DNA from: Scyliorhinus canicula
Lineage: Eukaryota
Direction of reading: 5' to 3'
Length of the DNA stretch: 64,000 nt
Assembly (NCBI RefSeq): GCF_902713615.1
Contig: NC_052156.1
Span: 111,267,120-111,331,119 of the forward strand
Shown one piece after another: positions 61,870 through 64,000 of this stretch (its first letter is position 1; each line of letters begins with the position of its first letter). A model generated the notes under the pieces. The model saw only the letters and a list, made by a program, of their open reading frames with translations. It was not told where the DNA came from and ran no database searches. The position numbers and the translations under genes are program-made.

Positions 61870-62551
61870 GGGCGGAAATCTCCCCTACCCGACGGGGCGG
61901 GGGGTCCCGGCGTAGCGGAGTGGAACCAACCATTCCAGCGTCGGGCCTCCCAAAAGGTACAGAATTCTCCACACCTTTAGGGGCCAAGCCCTCACATTGA
62001 GGGGCTAGGCCCGCGCTGGAGTGGTTGGCGTCACGCCGACTGGCACCAAAACCGGCACCAATGGCCTTTGACACCCGGCGCGGGGCTGGCCAAAAGGCCT
62101 TCGCCGGTTCGCGTATGCGCAGTAGGGGGGTTCTCTTCCGCCTCTGCCATGGTGGAGGCCGTGGTGACGGTGGAAGAAAAAGAGTGCCCCCACGGCACTG
62201 GCCCGCCCGCTGATCGGTGGGCCCCGATCGCGGGCCTGGCCACCGTGGGGGCACCCCCCGGGGTCCGATCGCCCCTCGCCCCCCCCAGGACCCCGGGGGC
62301 CCGCTCGCGCCGCCAATCCCACCGCCACCAGAGGTGGTTGAAACCACGGCGGCGGGAAAGGCCTCTCAGCGGCGGGACTTCGGCCCATCGTGGGCCGGAG
62401 AATCGCCGCAGGGGGCTCGCCGATCCGCGCGGCGCGATTCCCGCCCCTGCCAATTCCCGGGTGGCGGAGAATTCCGGCCGCGGCAGGGGCGGGATTTTCG
62501 CCGGCCCCAGGCGATTCTCCGACCCTGCGGGGGTGTCGGAGAATTTCGGCT
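61870..62551. mobile_element. GC-rich Harbinger-type MITE nested in a related older element (~61652-62880)
   Basis: Ends GGGCGGAAATCTCC ... GGAGAATTTCGGCT, flanks CTG/CAG. Internally similar to 43392-44064. Confidence 0.75.
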
Positions 62552-63274
62552 CAGGGCACCATTTTTCACTGGCATCCCAATCTCTGAGGTCTCCGAAACA
62601 ATCCCCGACCTCCCTCCCCAGCCCGAACATATTATGGGAGAGTCCGGTGCCCATGCCAGCTGGCTGTGCCACCTGGACACCATGGAAGTTCCAGGCTGGC
62701 ACCCAGGTGGCTCTGCCAATGTGCTAGGCTGGCACTGCCAGGGTACCCAGGTGGCACCAGCAGAGCCACCTGGGTACCACCCTGCTCAAAGGGCATGCAG
62801 CTGGGGGCCTCCATGATGTGTTTTAGCCCGTGAAGACAAAGTTTAATGGCTTGCCTGTCTAGTTTTGACACACCTGGATCAATAAACCACAGATCTGTAC
62901 GCTGTTTAAACATTTTGAATTCAGATAGTAGGACAGCTGTATTCTAATTCAAACTGGGGAATTCTGTGAACATTTGAAAATATTGTGTTGACTTTCGGCC
63001 TTGCTTTGTTCAATTTATTGTTCAGGAGCTACTGAAGCCACCCATTGTCATCAAAACCGTCTCTCACCCGAGTTTATGATAGTTTTGTTTGTTTTGTTTT
63101 ATGCTTTGCTTCCCCACCCCACCCCGACCTCGCTCGCTATCGATCTAGCGCACACCCTGGTCCCTCACCTCGCCTGACTCAGCTGGTCCTCTCAATGCTC
63201 TGTTACACTCAAGTGAATTGAAAGGCTATATGCTACAATCTCACCATGAGGGATCTGTCCGCTCACCAGAAGAT

Positions 63275-63900
63275 CATAAGATATAGGAACAGAATTAGTC
63301 TGCTCCACCTTTCATTCATGGCTCATATGTTCCTCGTCCCCCTTCTCCACATAATCTCTGATCCCCTTATTAATCAAGAACCTATCTATCTCTGTCTTAT
63401 AGACAGTGACCTGGTCGCCACAGCCTTCTGCGGCAAAGAGTTCCACAGATTCACCACCCTCTGGTTGAAGAAATTCCTCCTCATCTCTGTTTTAAAGGAT
63501 CACCCCTTCAGTCTGAGGCTGTGCCCTCTGGTTCTAGTTTCTCCTACAAGTGTAAACATCCTCTCCATGTCCACTCGATCTAGATCTGTCAGTATTCTGT
63601 AAGTTTCAATGAGATCTTCCCTCATCCTTCTAAACTCCATCGATAACAGGCCCAGAGACCTCAATCGCTCCTCATATGAGAAGCCCTTCATTCCGGGGAT
63701 CATTCTTGTGAATCTCTTCTGGACCCTCTCCAAGACCAGCACAACCCTCTTGAGATACAGGGCCCAAAACTGCTCACAATATTCCAAATGGGGTCTGACC
63801 AGAGCCTTATACAACCTCAACAGTATATCCCTGCTCTTGTATCCTAGTCCTCTCGACATGAATGCTAACATTGCATTTGCCTTCCTTACTGCCAACTGAA
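63275..63900 (-). mobile_element. CR1 3' fragment
   Basis: KANAMLAFMSRG..LVRPHLEYCEQFW..RTRGHSL. Confidence 0.85.
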
Positions 63901-64000
63901 CTTAGAATCATAGAAGAAAATCCTTACAGTGCAGAAGAAGGCCATTTGGCCCATTGAATCTGCACCGGCCCTTGGAAAGAGCACCTTACTTAAGCCCATG

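Noticed and set aside
61685-62816. Overlapping 200+ aa Pro/Gly/Arg-rich ORFs (also at 7956-8546, 11720-12310, 48195-48959)
   Set aside because: Stop-poor GC-rich MITE sequence open in several frames on both strands, with no domain motifs.
63169-63225. Possible PDE3A exon 2 (minus; PFNSLECNRALRGPAESGE|gtgagg)
   Set aside because: Good donor, correct phase and an RGP match, but no polypyrimidine tract and little other similarity to human LMGHSEWDHKRGPRGSQ. Exon 2 probably lies beyond the window.

Overview
Vertebrate genomic DNA, almost certainly an elasmobranch (shark; HE1/V-SINE- and HER1/CR1-type repeats suggest a catshark-like genome). The window lies inside a PDE3A gene on the minus strand. 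Two coding exons are visible: 21218-21472 and 18687-18844, equivalent to human exons 3 and 4. The rest is repeat-dense intron. Main elements: (1) a full-length, apparently intact CR1 LINE (51388-55801, minus) with a zinc-finger/leucine-zipper/SGNH-esterase ORF1 and an APE-RT ORF2. ORF2 has no usable AUG and is joined to ORF1 by an in-frame U_UUA_AAC slippery heptamer, the best candidate for a hidden mechanism (-1 ribosomal frameshifting giving an ~1270-aa ORF1-ORF2 fusion). Its 5'UTR has tandem octamer-bearing monomers and an intron-like segment. (2) Penelope-derived perfect palindromes, one carrying an intact minimal hammerhead ribozyme. (3) A PIF/Harbinger family: a decayed two-gene element, a fold-back derivative and many GC-rich MITEs. 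(4) hAT and pogo/Tc2-like non-autonomous DNA transposons, solo LTRs (two nested), L1, Rex1 and CR1 fragments, and V-SINEs with several different 3' tails. Family names come from motif recognition, not database searches. Fragment boundaries without a target-site duplication (TSD) are approximate.
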